The translations under genes and the position numbers were made by a program. Of a DNA stretch of 64,000 nt, positions 9,284-17,640 are shown piece after piece (the first letter of the stretch is position 1; every line of letters begins with the position of its first letter). Source of the DNA: a virus (lineage: Duplodnaviria > Heunggongvirae > Uroviricota > Caudoviricetes); the IMG/VR virus record IMGVR_UViG_3300015214_000028, positions 1 to 64,000 of that record; one strand, given 5' to 3'. The notes below the pieces were generated by a model that saw nothing but the letters and a program-made list of their open reading frames with translations, had not been told where the DNA came from and ran no database searches.

Positions 9284-10849
9284 ATGATCGAAGCTAAAAT
9301 TGCACTGCGCATTCGCGGCGCTTTCCGGTTGCGCAAACCCGAAAGCATTGATTCTGCTATTGCCGACGTTGCCGAGGAAATTGGCGCGGATGTTAACGCG
9401 GTTCGGGAAGTTTACAATACCGAACGTGCACGGTTGGACGCGGCACGGATCGAGCGGATTCGGAAGGCGGAAAGCAAACCCGTTTCGGGCGGCGCGTTGC
9501 GCCCGGATTATTCTGCGGAAGATTACCCTGGTCCAATCATCGTCACCGCCGCGCAAAATAACACGGAAGTGGCAGAAGCTTTCTGGGATAACCTTGTCGG
9601 GTATGCGTCCAGCATTGGGGCTAAAATCATTGTCGCACCGATTCTGTATAATAAATCGGCATGGAATCAGCCCGATGACATGACTGGACAAGATATTTAC
9701 TTTGACCCCAAGGTCAAACCCTATATGCGCGATGATCGGTTTACCGTTCACGGTGTAGCGGTATTGGCTAACGCTCATGTTTTGCCGACGTCCAAGAATC
9801 CGTTGTCGGGTTTTGAATCGGCCACGGGTGCTGGACAGTCTATCGTCATCCCGGCCAGTAAAATCTCTCTTAAAACGATGCCACGCCTTAAGGGTGAACC
9901 GCTGAAAATTGTTCAATCTACGGGCACGGTTACGGTATGCAACTATGTCCAGCGCAAGGCCGGAACGGTATCCGAGTTGGAGCACAATTACGGGTTTACC
10001 GTGATTGAATCCGGCGGAAAAGTTCGATCGGTAGAATGTATGAATCCTGATGCCGGCGGGTTTTTTGATTTTGACGGGGAGCATGTAAACGAACAAGGCA
10101 TTGAGTACCCTGATAACCCGGCTGCGCTGGTTTTTGGAGATATTCACGCCGAAAAGCTGCCGCTGGAACGGCTTAATGCAATCTCGGCACTAGCGCGAAA
10201 GGTCAATCCGTGCAATGTCATTTTCCACGATATTCTAGACTTTTCGAGTCGGAACCATCACAATCGGGAGTCTAGTCTCTTCCGCTTTGTGGCGGATTCT
10301 ACGGGCCAGTCAGTGGAAAGCGATATTGAAAAGGTCGCTAACGTGCTAGACTGTTTCCCAAGCTATGCTCCTATTGTGGTTGACTCCAACCATGACAGAG
10401 CGCTTGAACGTTGGCTGGATGAGGCAGATTATCGCGAGGACTCACAAAACGCGATTTTCTTTTTGGAATTGCAGCTTGCACGATACCGTGCGGCAAACTG
10501 TGGACAAGAGCCTATTAACCTGCTAAAATACGCTTTGACCAAGCGTTTCGGCAGGGATTTTAATGCTACTTTCCTGAAGCCTGATGAAAGCTGCAAGGTA
10601 GAAGGTATTGAATGCGGCAATCATGGCGACCGTGGCCCTAACGGCGCTAGGGGAAGTTTGCAAGCATTCCGGGCAATTGGCGAATCTATGGTGATCGGAC
10701 ACTCCCATAGTCCGGGCATTGCCGGCAAAGTGTATCAGGTCGGGGTTTCGGGCAGCCTTGAAATGGGGTACAATGTTGGACCGTCGTCTTGGGCGCATGC
10801 TCACTGTATCATTTTCGCCAATGGACAACGGCAAATGATTTTCGAGTAA
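9284..10849 (+). CDS. large protein with a C-terminal calcineurin-like (Mre11-type) metallophosphoesterase domain; resembles T5 pre-early A1
   Basis: Motifs VFGDIHAE, HDILD, DSNHD, ECGNHGDRG, VIGHSHSP; 521 aa. Confidence 0.55.
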   Translation: MIEAKIALRIRGAFRLRKPESIDSAIADVAEEIGADVNAVREVYNTERARLDAARIERIRKAESKPVSGGALRPDYSAEDYPGPIIVTAAQNNTEVAEAFWDNLVGYASSIGAKIIVAPILYNKSAWNQPDDMTGQDIYFDPKVKPYMRDDRFTVHGVAVLANAHVLPTSKNPLSGFESATGAGQSIVIPASKISLKTMPRLKGEPLKIVQSTGTVTVCNYVQRKAGTVSELEHNYGFTVIESGGKVRSVECMNPDAGGFFDFDGEHVNEQGIEYPDNPAALVFGDIHAEKLPLERLNAISALARKVNPCNVIFHDILDFSSRNHHNRESSLFRFVADSTGQSVESDIEKVANVLDCFPSYAPIVVDSNHDRALERWLDEADYREDSQNAIFFLELQLARYRAANCGQEPINLLKYALTKRFGRDFNATFLKPDESCKVEGIECGNHGDRGPNGARGSLQAFRAIGESMVIGHSHSPGIAGKVYQVGVSGSLEMGYNVGPSSWAHAHCIIFANGQRQMIFE

Positions 10850-10963
10850 AAGTGGAACGGGGTGATTGACTCATCCCAGTCACTAGGTTATACTTCTTTC
10901 ATCGGTTCAGCGAATAGCGCGACGTTGAACCGATACCCTAAACCGCGCTAAAAGGGCTTTATC

Positions 10964-11308
10964 ATGAGCAAAGAAAAAGTGGCAGCGTATTCAATCGAGC
11001 AAACTTCGGAACTGGTCGAGGCTTACAAAGCCGACCCGACTCAAGAGACTGTTGCGATTTTTGCGGAACGGTTCGGAAAATCTGCCCGGTCGGTTATCGC
11101 GAAGCTTACTCGGGAAGGCGTGTATATCAAAAAGACTTACACCAGCAAAACGGGTGAACCTGTTATCAAAAAGGATGACATTGCCGACAAGATCGGTGCG
11201 CTTGTCGGGCTGGCGGATTCCGAAGCTGATTCGCTTGCGAAAGCTAATAAATCCGCGCTGAAGAAAATTTATGCACGGCTTACCGGATCGGGCGCGGATT
11301 CCGAATAA
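10964..11308 (+). CDS. small HTH-motif protein (A2-like); member of a paralogous family
   Basis: Motif ARSVIAKLTREGVYIKK is shared with 15894..16238, 37469..37828 and the three repeats in 40736..41472. Confidence 0.5.
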   Translation: MSKEKVAAYSIEQTSELVEAYKADPTQETVAIFAERFGKSARSVIAKLTREGVYIKKTYTSKTGEPVIKKDDIADKIGALVGLADSEADSLAKANKSALKKIYARLTGSGADSE

Positions 11309-11364
11309 CCTGTAGCATACCGGGGTGCATCCAGCACCCCGGTTAATCAAAAGGTAACGCTAAA

Positions 11365-11673
11365 ATGTCTCGAAAATACCAAAGCTTTAGATATCGAACA
11401 GCTATGTGCAGCATTGCTCAGGCTAATGGTGCGGTAGCTTGTCGCAAGGGTTTGACCGTAGCAATCGTTCCATGCCTTGAAGGCGCTTTCAATCCGAAGT
11501 TCTATAAGGTAGCAGTTGCTCACTGTAGTGACTCGGATGAATTTGACTATAGTCGCGGCGTGATTATTGCAGAAAATCGGCTTTGTTGCGACAACTTTAT
11601 CACGTTGCAAAACCCTTTTCCCGGTTCACCGCCACAACGCGCAGCGGAGTATTTTGCCTCGATGCTAGTCTAG
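11365..11673 (+). CDS. hypothetical protein (102 aa)
   Basis: Track ORF with RBS AAAGG; followed by a terminator. Confidence 0.4.
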   Translation: MSRKYQSFRYRTAMCSIAQANGAVACRKGLTVAIVPCLEGAFNPKFYKVAVAHCSDSDEFDYSRGVIIAENRLCCDNFITLQNPFPGSPPQRAAEYFASMLV

Positions 11674-11684
11674 GTTCCTAGCGT

Positions 11685-11716
11685 AAGCCCCAATTCTAAT
11701 TGGGGCTTTTCTTTTG
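11685..11716 (+). terminator. rho-independent terminator
   Basis: AAGCCCCAA ttctaa TTGGGGCTT followed by TTCTTTTG. Confidence 0.7.
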
Positions 11717-11751
11717 CCCGGTACTGTAAATGCTTCGCATTCGCCAGATGA

Positions 11752-11983
11752 AAATGATTCTCATTTGCTCGCGCCGATTTTACACCTGGTTGGCCAGCAC
11801 GTCAAGCCCGGGTACTCTAAACGAGAATGATTCTCATTCAGGCGCCGATTTTACACTACACTAGAACACTTGTCAAGCCGTGTTACAATTAACACGGGGT
11901 GTAGCATATGGGGCAAACTGGTACGCTTTTTGCTTTCGTTAAACGCGAACGATTCTCATTCTCAAACGCGAACGATTCTCATT
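11752..11983. repeat. four operator-like palindromes (A)AATGATTCTCATT(T/C), two followed by GCGCCGATTTTACAC
   Basis: Copies at about 11752-11766, 11825-11839, 11948-11960 and 11971-11983. Confidence 0.75.
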
Positions 11984-12020
11984 CTCATTTCTTTTTGCCA
12001 AAATACCCGAAGGGTATTTT

Positions 12021-12140
12021 GCGCCCGCGAGAGTGAGAAATCAACGCCAAATTTTCCGTGTCGCCGCGCCCGCGCGAGTGAGAAATCAATGACAAAATTC
12101 CGCGCCCGCGCGAGTGCGAGATCAACGTGAAATTTTACAT
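12021..12140. repeat. three tandem ~38-bp direct repeats (GCGCCCGCG(C)GAGTG(A/C)GA(A/G)ATCAA(C/T)G..AAATTTT), iteron-like
   Basis: Read directly. The track ORFs 11870..12130 and 12127..12318 are most likely non-coding repeat DNA. Confidence 0.75.
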
Positions 12141-12184
12141 GCTAGAGTGCAAAGTCAAGTCGAGTTTTCCCCCGCTAAAGCAAC

Positions 12185-12610
12185 ATAACCCGGGGTGCAG
12201 CGATCATAGCAATCATAGCAATCCTAGCAATCGCGGCAACCACAGCAACCACAGCAAGCCTCACACTAAAGCAGCCCTAGCAACTTCCCGTAGCCCTCAC
12301 AGTAGCCCAAGCCGCTAAAGACTTTACGCCCCGGGCTACTCTATGAGCCCTCTAAGCCCGCTAAAACCTCTGAGCCCCGGGTTAAAAAATAGCCCGGGGT
12401 GTAGCGATTGATTCAATGCCCCAAATCTAAACAGTAACCCGGGGCTCAGCGATTTTAGTAAGCTAAAAAATATCCCAGACTAAAGAAGTAGCCCGGGGCT
12501 CAACGATTTTAGCAAGCTAAATGCACTCAAAGAACTAAAAAGTAACCCGGGGTTCAGCAATTGAACCGGCTTCAGCAATTGAACCGATCTTTGAGCCCCG
12601 GGTTACTTTG
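12185..12610. repeat. cluster of at least eight copies, in both orientations, of a 17-25-bp element GTAACCCGGGG(C/T)(T/G)(C/T)AGC(G/A)ATT, plus tandem 9-mers (TAGCAATC / CAACCACAG) at 12196-12262
   Basis: Copies near 12187, 12337, 12369, 12390, 12434, 12488, 12542 and 12591. Confidence 0.85.
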
Positions 12611-12960
12611 TGAAGGTGACTAAAAATTATTTTTGGCCAAAAAATTGAATTTTAAATTGTATTACGCAGGCGTTTTTTGCCGACTTTATATGGTAATCAA
12701 TAAATTAATTGATTTAAAACTCAGTAATTGAAAAAGAACTCTTAGCTTAAAAAAGGGGGGGATAAATTGTCCAGTAACAACAACGGAGCAAAAAATTTCA
12801 GCGCTAAATTTCAAAAAATAACGAAAATTTTTTTAAAAATAGTCGAAAAAAGCTGAAAAAACTTTGAAATTTGAATTAATTAAACTAAAAAGGCAGTAGT
12901 CTAATTTGAAATAAGTTAATTTAAAAAAGAGACTAGTCTGAAAAATACCCCCTGTCTAAT
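12611..12960. other. extremely AT-rich non-coding tract (candidate DNA-unwinding element or spacer) with no ORF above 60 aa
   Basis: Long A/T runs, e.g. aaaaattatttttggccaaaaaattgaattttaaattg. Confidence 0.6.
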
Positions 12961-12961
12961 A

Positions 12962-13090
12962 AGTAACCCGGGGCTCAAAATCTGAAAAAATGCTAAAAAT
13001 TTATTAATTCTTTTGTAATCTAATTAACCCGGGGCTCAGAGGTTGAAAAGGTTTTAATAGCTAAAGAAGTAACCCGGGGCTCAGCAATTC
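12962..13090. repeat. three more copies of the GTAACCCGGGGCTCA element
   Basis: Near 12962, 13026 and 13069. Confidence 0.85.
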
Positions 13091-13272
13091 AATAAACTAA
13101 GAAATCCCCTAAAATTGGGAGACCGGGGTTACAGTGGTTAGCTTATTAGTTGTATACCGTTTAATACGTTTAGTAATGAAAAAACGCGTAGTATACGTCA
13201 AAAGAAAAAGTCAAGCAAATTTTTAGTTATTACATTTTAAATATGTATAGGTTCCCCCAAGGTTAGATTGCC

Positions 13273-13390
13273 AGGAAAATCGCCTTAATATCGCAAGAAG
13301 AATTTTTTGCGCGGGCTCTTTAATAGCACCGGCGGGGGGACCCCCCGGCTATTAGCCCTCGCAAAATTCTTTTGCTCTAGCGATTTTCCT
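13273..13390. repeat. ~115-bp imperfect palindrome (AGGAAAATCGC ... GCGATTTTCCT) centred on a G7/C6 hairpin CCGGCGGGGGGACCCCCCGGC
   Basis: Read directly. Lies between convergent gene blocks. Confidence 0.75.
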
Positions 13391-13460
13391 TAATTCTGTC
13401 GAATTTCGTCAATCTATCCTTTATTATACCACATTTTTTTTTTAATTTCAACTCGATTTT

Positions 13461-14042
13461 TCATTCTGGCTTAAAATCCCAGTCTGTAGGGCTTAAAATC
13501 ATTTTAGGATGCCTGATATCCGGATGATAGATCCACATCTCTAGTAACATGTATCTCAACATCTTAGGAAGTTTATCGAAGAGTGTTCCAGTCTTTTCTA
13601 GTGAACCGTACTTTTTAGGGTCTGGCATTTGTGATCTATATTGTTCTAGCTTGTCTTTAGGCGGGATTGGGTATGGCATTAGTAGCCAAGTTAGCGACTC
13701 TGTTAGGAAAGTTGCTAGCTGGTTATTTTTTACCCAATCGTTATATTTGAAGTCGTAGTAGCTCATAAATAGCGGAACACCAGAAGAAAGTTCTGGTTTG
13801 TAAGTCATAGCAGGCTTTAGTAATTTTGAGCGTGGAATTACTGCGACTTGTTCTACTAGACTGATTAGGTTTTCTGGTGCTTTAGAATACCACTCTTCTG
13901 CGTTTGGGGTGTCTAGTGGTACGGTTTTTACTACCGATTCTAGCCAAGGAAAGAATTTTGGATCTTCCTTTACTTTCTTTTGTAGATCTTTATCTAGCTC
14001 TAGGAGCTTTATGTTGCCTTGTACGAAATATTCAATTTTCAT
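13461..14042 (-). CDS. hypothetical protein (193 aa)
   Basis: Track ORF. Confidence 0.5.
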   Translation of the reverse strand: MKIEYFVQGNIKLLELDKDLQKKVKEDPKFFPWLESVVKTVPLDTPNAEEWYSKAPENLISLVEQVAVIPRSKLLKPAMTYKPELSSGVPLFMSYYDFKYNDWVKNNQLATFLTESLTWLLMPYPIPPKDKLEQYRSQMPDPKKYGSLEKTGTLFDKLPKMLRYMLLEMWIYHPDIRHPKMILSPTDWDFKPE

Positions 14043-14074
14043 TTTAGTTCCTTAGGGGTGTAGCTGGTGTAGCG

Positions 14075-14181
14075 AGTAACCCGGGGTGTAGCGGGTTTAG
14101 CGATTGCAGTGGTTGCTTGAGTGTAACCCGGGGCTCAGCAATAGTCTGGGGTGTAGCAAGTGCTACACCCCGGGTTACAGT
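14075..14181. repeat. three more CCCGGGG-element copies; the last sits in a perfect hairpin GGGGTGTAGC aagt GCTACACCCC
   Basis: Read directly; upstream of the minus-strand gene 13461..14042. Confidence 0.8.
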
Positions 14182-14828
14182 TAGCAATTAACAATTTCCC
14201 ACCCAAAGTTATCGTCAGTGTAGCCTCTAGGATTTGATACTACTCTAGTGTTATTTATAGTGTAATCACACTTAAAGTGGGTGTGTCCATGAATCCAAAG
14301 CTTTGGCTCATGGTCTAGATAGGGGCTATACGGATTAAAGATATCAGTATAGAAAGCTTTGCTTAGAGGAGCTGAACGATACTCTGGTGCTACAGAAAGA
14401 ATACTAGGAGCATGATGAGTGATAAACACGTCAGCATTAGAAGTGTTTAGAAACTCTAGATCCTTTTGGAATTCTTCATTCCATTTTAGCTTTTTAATGT
14501 ACCTAAAATCATTCATGCCTTCTTTAGCTACTAGATAGGCCATAGGGTTACTAAGGTCTGTCCAAAGAGTAGCACAAGCAAATCTTACTCCTTTAAACTC
14601 AAAGATTTCTCTATTCTTTATTAGTGGGTGGTACTCATCATACTTACGACCATAGTACTCATGATTACCAGCTACATAAAGAATTGGCCCATCAAACTCT
14701 AGCGGGAGCCAAGGATTGCTTAGTGAGCAAATATCCCCCGCGAGCACGCAAATATCCGCCGGAGGCGGAAGCTTGCGCATTGGGGTAAATTCGGTGTGCA
14801 GATCTGATGCGTATGTAATTGTTAGCAT
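14181..14828 (-). CDS. calcineurin-like metallophosphoesterase (Ser/Thr-phosphatase-like)
   Basis: Motifs DLHTEF, LAGDICS, VAGNHEYYG, FITHHAP, IHGHTHF. Confidence 0.65.
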   Translation of the reverse strand: MLTITYASDLHTEFTPMRKLPPPADICVLAGDICSLSNPWLPLEFDGPILYVAGNHEYYGRKYDEYHPLIKNREIFEFKGVRFACATLWTDLSNPMAYLVAKEGMNDFRYIKKLKWNEEFQKDLEFLNTSNADVFITHHAPSILSVAPEYRSAPLSKAFYTDIFNPYSPYLDHEPKLWIHGHTHFKCDYTINNTRVVSNPRGYTDDNFGWEIVNC

Positions 14829-15047
14829 TTTTCAGATCCAAAACTTATTACATTCATTTTAATTTCTCCAAGGTTATAATATATTATAGCCGTTTAAAAA
14901 GAAAAAGGCAAGCTGTAAATAGCTTGCCTTTAGTTGGGTTAAAGAGGTTTTCAGTTTAGGGTGTCGTCATCATCATCATCTTCATACTCACCCTCAAAAA
15001 TTTCTTCCTCTATATTTTGCAAACACCCGTATATCTCACATATAGGA

Positions 15048-15233
15048 TTAGAGCATAGACAGATCATAGTCGCACTTCCTAATAATAAAGGATTCGTCAT
15101 CTAGAATTTCAAGTTCTAGTATGTCCCTTTCTTTCCACCCTAGCTGCTCAATAATCTCATCTGGTATTGGAAGAATTAATTCTCCGCTAGAATCAACCTC
15201 TAGTTCTACGTAAATTTCATTCATAAGCATCAT
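15048..15233 (-). CDS. hypothetical small acidic protein (61 aa)
   Basis: Track ORF. Confidence 0.35.
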   Translation of the reverse strand: MMLMNEIYVELEVDSSGELILPIPDEIIEQLGWKERDILELEILDDESFIIRKCDYDLSML

Positions 15234-15714
15234 CCGTTCTAAACGCTAATTCTGGCATACCCACAGCGGTTGGCCCACTCGGACGGTACCCGTCAAAATA
15301 GGGCTTGATTTTCCACCCGAATCTAAAATAAAGCCTAAACTTAGAGGTTTCTAGAATAATAAAGAAAAAGTCAAATGCCTTACCGTTGCTATAAAGAATG
15401 AAAGGGCCCTTTTCTTTTCTAGAAATATTGTCTAAATCTTTAGTTGCTAGTTTGAACCTTGCACCATATGCTTTATTTCTCCATAACCACCAAACCCTGG
15501 CAGCATAGCTTCCGTATTTCTCTTGAATTTTTAGAAGCTGTTTTTCTCCTCCAAAATCAGTTAAACTAGTATCTGGAGTACCCATCCAAGTAAAGGGTGG
15601 AAGTAGCTTACCGTTTTTTACTCTTAGTGCTGCTACAGGTGCTAGGGCTAGCGATACTGCTTGAGCAGTTAAGCTAGCGGCATTAACTACTAGTGCTTTT
15701 AGAAATGGTTTCAA
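15217..15714 (-). CDS. hypothetical protein (165 aa)
   Basis: Track ORF. Confidence 0.4.
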   Translation of the reverse strand: MKPFLKALVVNAASLTAQAVSLALAPVAALRVKNGKLLPPFTWMGTPDTSLTDFGGEKQLLKIQEKYGSYAARVWWLWRNKAYGARFKLATKDLDNISRKEKGPFILYSNGKAFDFFFIILETSKFRLYFRFGWKIKPYFDGYRPSGPTAVGMPELAFRTDDAYE

Positions 15715-15901
15715 TTTTTACCTCCAACTCTTCTATCTTTTTTAGACATACCTCAATTGCTTGAGCAGCATTATTAGCATGCTCTGCTAGTGCTTGAATA
15801 GCTTTTCCATGGTCTAGAATACACTCACTTTGTTGACTAGTAAGTTTGGAAAAGGCGTCTAGTACACTGTGTACTTCTTCTTTTAGTTTTTTGTTAAACA
15901 T
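15683..15901 (-). CDS. hypothetical coiled-coil protein (72 aa)
   Basis: Track ORF. Confidence 0.35.
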   Translation of the reverse strand: MFNKKLKEEVHSVLDAFSKLTSQQSECILDHGKAIQALAEHANNAAQAIEVCLKKIEELEVKIETISKSTSS

Positions 15902-16238
15902 TAACTACCTTAAGGGACTCAATAACTTCAGGATCAATGGCTTTTAGCAAGTTCCTTAAAGTTTGTTTTGGTGCTTTCTCTAACCCTTCTAGATCTGCTG
16001 AAATCAGGGCTAGAGAGTTAGCGATCAGTTCTACGTATTCATCTTTACTGGTGGGGATTTCTCCAGTTTTAGTAGTATACTTTGGTTTTTTGTAAATTCC
16101 TTCCCTAGTAAGTTTTGCAGCTACTTGTCTAATGGTTCTGTCCCATTTTTTAGCAAGTAGTTCCACAGTTCTAGGGTAGGGATTCTCTGTGTAAAGCTTT
16201 ATATAGTCTAGTGTTTCTTCGTCTGAATATCGTTGCAT
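15894..16238 (-). CDS. HTH-motif family protein (paralogue of 10964..11308)
   Basis: VAAKLTREGIYKKPKYTTKTGE closely matches VIAKLTREGVYIKKTYTSKTGE. Confidence 0.5.
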   Translation of the reverse strand: MQRYSDEETLDYIKLYTENPYPRTVELLAKKWDRTIRQVAAKLTREGIYKKPKYTTKTGEIPTSKDEYVELIANSLALISADLEGLEKAPKQTLRNLLKAIDPEVIESLKVVNV

Positions 16239-16262
16239 AGTTTATACCTCCACCGAATATAC

Positions 16263-16291
16263 ATTATACTACAAACAGAAAATAAAAACAA
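16263..16291 (-). promoter_or_regulatory. sigma70-like promoter (minus strand; TTGTTT-N17-TATAAT) for the 15894..16238 operon
   Basis: Reverse complement reads TTGACCTTGTTTttattttctgtttgtagTATAATgt. Confidence 0.45.
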
Positions 16292-16359
16292 GGTCAAAAT
16301 TCGAAGTGCACTGCGCCAAAACCAAAATTATGCAGTATATTACACGCATAAATGTCGGC

Positions 16360-16388
16360 TTGCTTTGTTCATTGATAATTGCTATAAT
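16360..16388 (+). promoter_or_regulatory. sigma70 consensus-like promoter (TTGCTT-N17-TATAAT)
   Basis: Read directly; divergent from the minus-strand promoter. Confidence 0.6.
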
Positions 16389-16440
16389 ATTGAATGTTCG
16401 GTGGGGAAGGCCCGCTGAAAACTAAGATAAGGAATTACTA

Positions 16441-16962
16441 ATGAATAAACTTAAAAAGTTTCGTCAAGACTACGAGGCTGCCGTTAGCAAAATTTGGGAG
16501 GTGATTGGGGACGAAAAGCATCCTCTTTATAGCATTACTAAATGGCTTCTTCAAACGGATGCTAATGCAGAGCAGCTTTTTCCAGAACTAGAGTTTGATG
16601 CTTTTAGTTCCCCCGAAAACTTTGTAGCTATGCTAGACCTTCTAGAAAGGGGGCCTGCCGTGGTTTCTGTTAATGGAGAACTACGAATCATTTTCTGTGG
16701 TATCCAAGATATGGAGTATTTCGAAAGGAATAAAGAAATTATTGCACTAACGGAATCGGAAATTCTTTCTGGGGCTGAGTTTGCTATTAGTGTTGTTGAT
16801 ATTTCTCTAGACGAGTTTGGTGCTGAGTACGATCGTAGATTTTTAGCTCAAATTGATGATTGGTTTGATAACGACCTTCAATTTAGCCTCATGTCTAAGG
16901 AAGAATTAGTAGAGTATTATTCTAATCGGTTTAACCTTTTTGATAGGAGTAAATACGAATGA
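16441..16962 (+). CDS. hypothetical protein (173 aa)
   Basis: Track ORF downstream of the promoter. Confidence 0.5.
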   Translation: MNKLKKFRQDYEAAVSKIWEVIGDEKHPLYSITKWLLQTDANAEQLFPELEFDAFSSPENFVAMLDLLERGPAVVSVNGELRIIFCGIQDMEYFERNKEIIALTESEILSGAEFAISVVDISLDEFGAEYDRRFLAQIDDWFDNDLQFSLMSKEELVEYYSNRFNLFDRSKYE

Positions 16963-17252
16963 GTGGGGGTGCGTTTGATTATGTCCAGCAACGAATTCAT
17001 GACGTTGCTAGTGAGCTTGAGACTCTTACTGACGAGATTCGTCTGGGTAAACCGGGGTTTGAACATCTCTCCATCGAAACAATTAATAAATTTTATGAGG
17101 GGGTCAAGGCTCTTTGGGTTGCCGAAGCCTATATTCATAGGATCGACTGGTTGGTGTGTGCTGATGATGGGGAGCAAGACTTCCATAAATTTTTGAAAGA
17201 CGACCTGGCTAACGTGGAGTTCTGCTGGGAACGTCTAAAAGGAAAGAAATGA
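16959..17252 (+). CDS. hypothetical protein (97 aa)
   Basis: Track ORF; start overlaps the upstream stop by 4 nt. Confidence 0.45.
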   Translation: MSGGAFDYVQQRIHDVASELETLTDEIRLGKPGFEHLSIETINKFYEGVKALWVAEAYIHRIDWLVCADDGEQDFHKFLKDDLANVEFCWERLKGKK

Positions 17253-17560
17253 CTCTAGGCGAACTTATTGAGTATTTGGAAGGGTGTCCAGATCAGAACT
17301 ATGTATGCCCACTAGGGTTGGGGCAGCCACACAGTTGGGGAGGTGCATATACTGACTTGTCCTTCACCCCTACTGAAAACATTACTGTAGCAGAAATGTT
17401 GAATAATGCGCACTCTGCTTTAGATAAAGAGTTTGAAGGGGGCACGTATTTTATGGATGAATTTACAAAAGTTAATATGGATCGTTATGGCGAGTACAGA
17501 AACGGCCCTGTAACTAAAATTCTTTTAGACTATATGACGGGGAAGCATGACAAAAGATGA
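17249..17560 (+). CDS. hypothetical protein (103 aa)
   Basis: Track ORF; start overlaps the upstream stop by 4 nt. Confidence 0.45.
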   Translation: MTLGELIEYLEGCPDQNYVCPLGLGQPHSWGGAYTDLSFTPTENITVAEMLNNAHSALDKEFEGGTYFMDEFTKVNMDRYGEYRNGPVTKILLDYMTGKHDKR

Positions 17561-17640
17561 TTGGCTAGGTATTCTAGCCATTTGTTTTATTTTGATTCAT
17601 TTCGTGGTTCCTATTTTGTTTTATTTTGGGGTATTTTAAT

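Noticed and set aside
9236-10147. 303-aa minus-strand ORF antisense to the A1-like gene
   Set aside because: Antisense to a gene with clear phosphoesterase motifs; Arg/Pro-rich junk translation.
11870-12318. ORFs 11870..12130 and 12127..12318
   Set aside because: They lie entirely within tandem iterons and 9-mer repeats; the translated sequence simply reflects the repeat units (e.g. NHSNHSNPSN).
12185-14181. CCCGGGG-element cluster as a possible CRISPR array
   Set aside because: Spacing between copies is irregular (25-370 bp), copies occur in both orientations, and there are no unique spacers and no cas genes.
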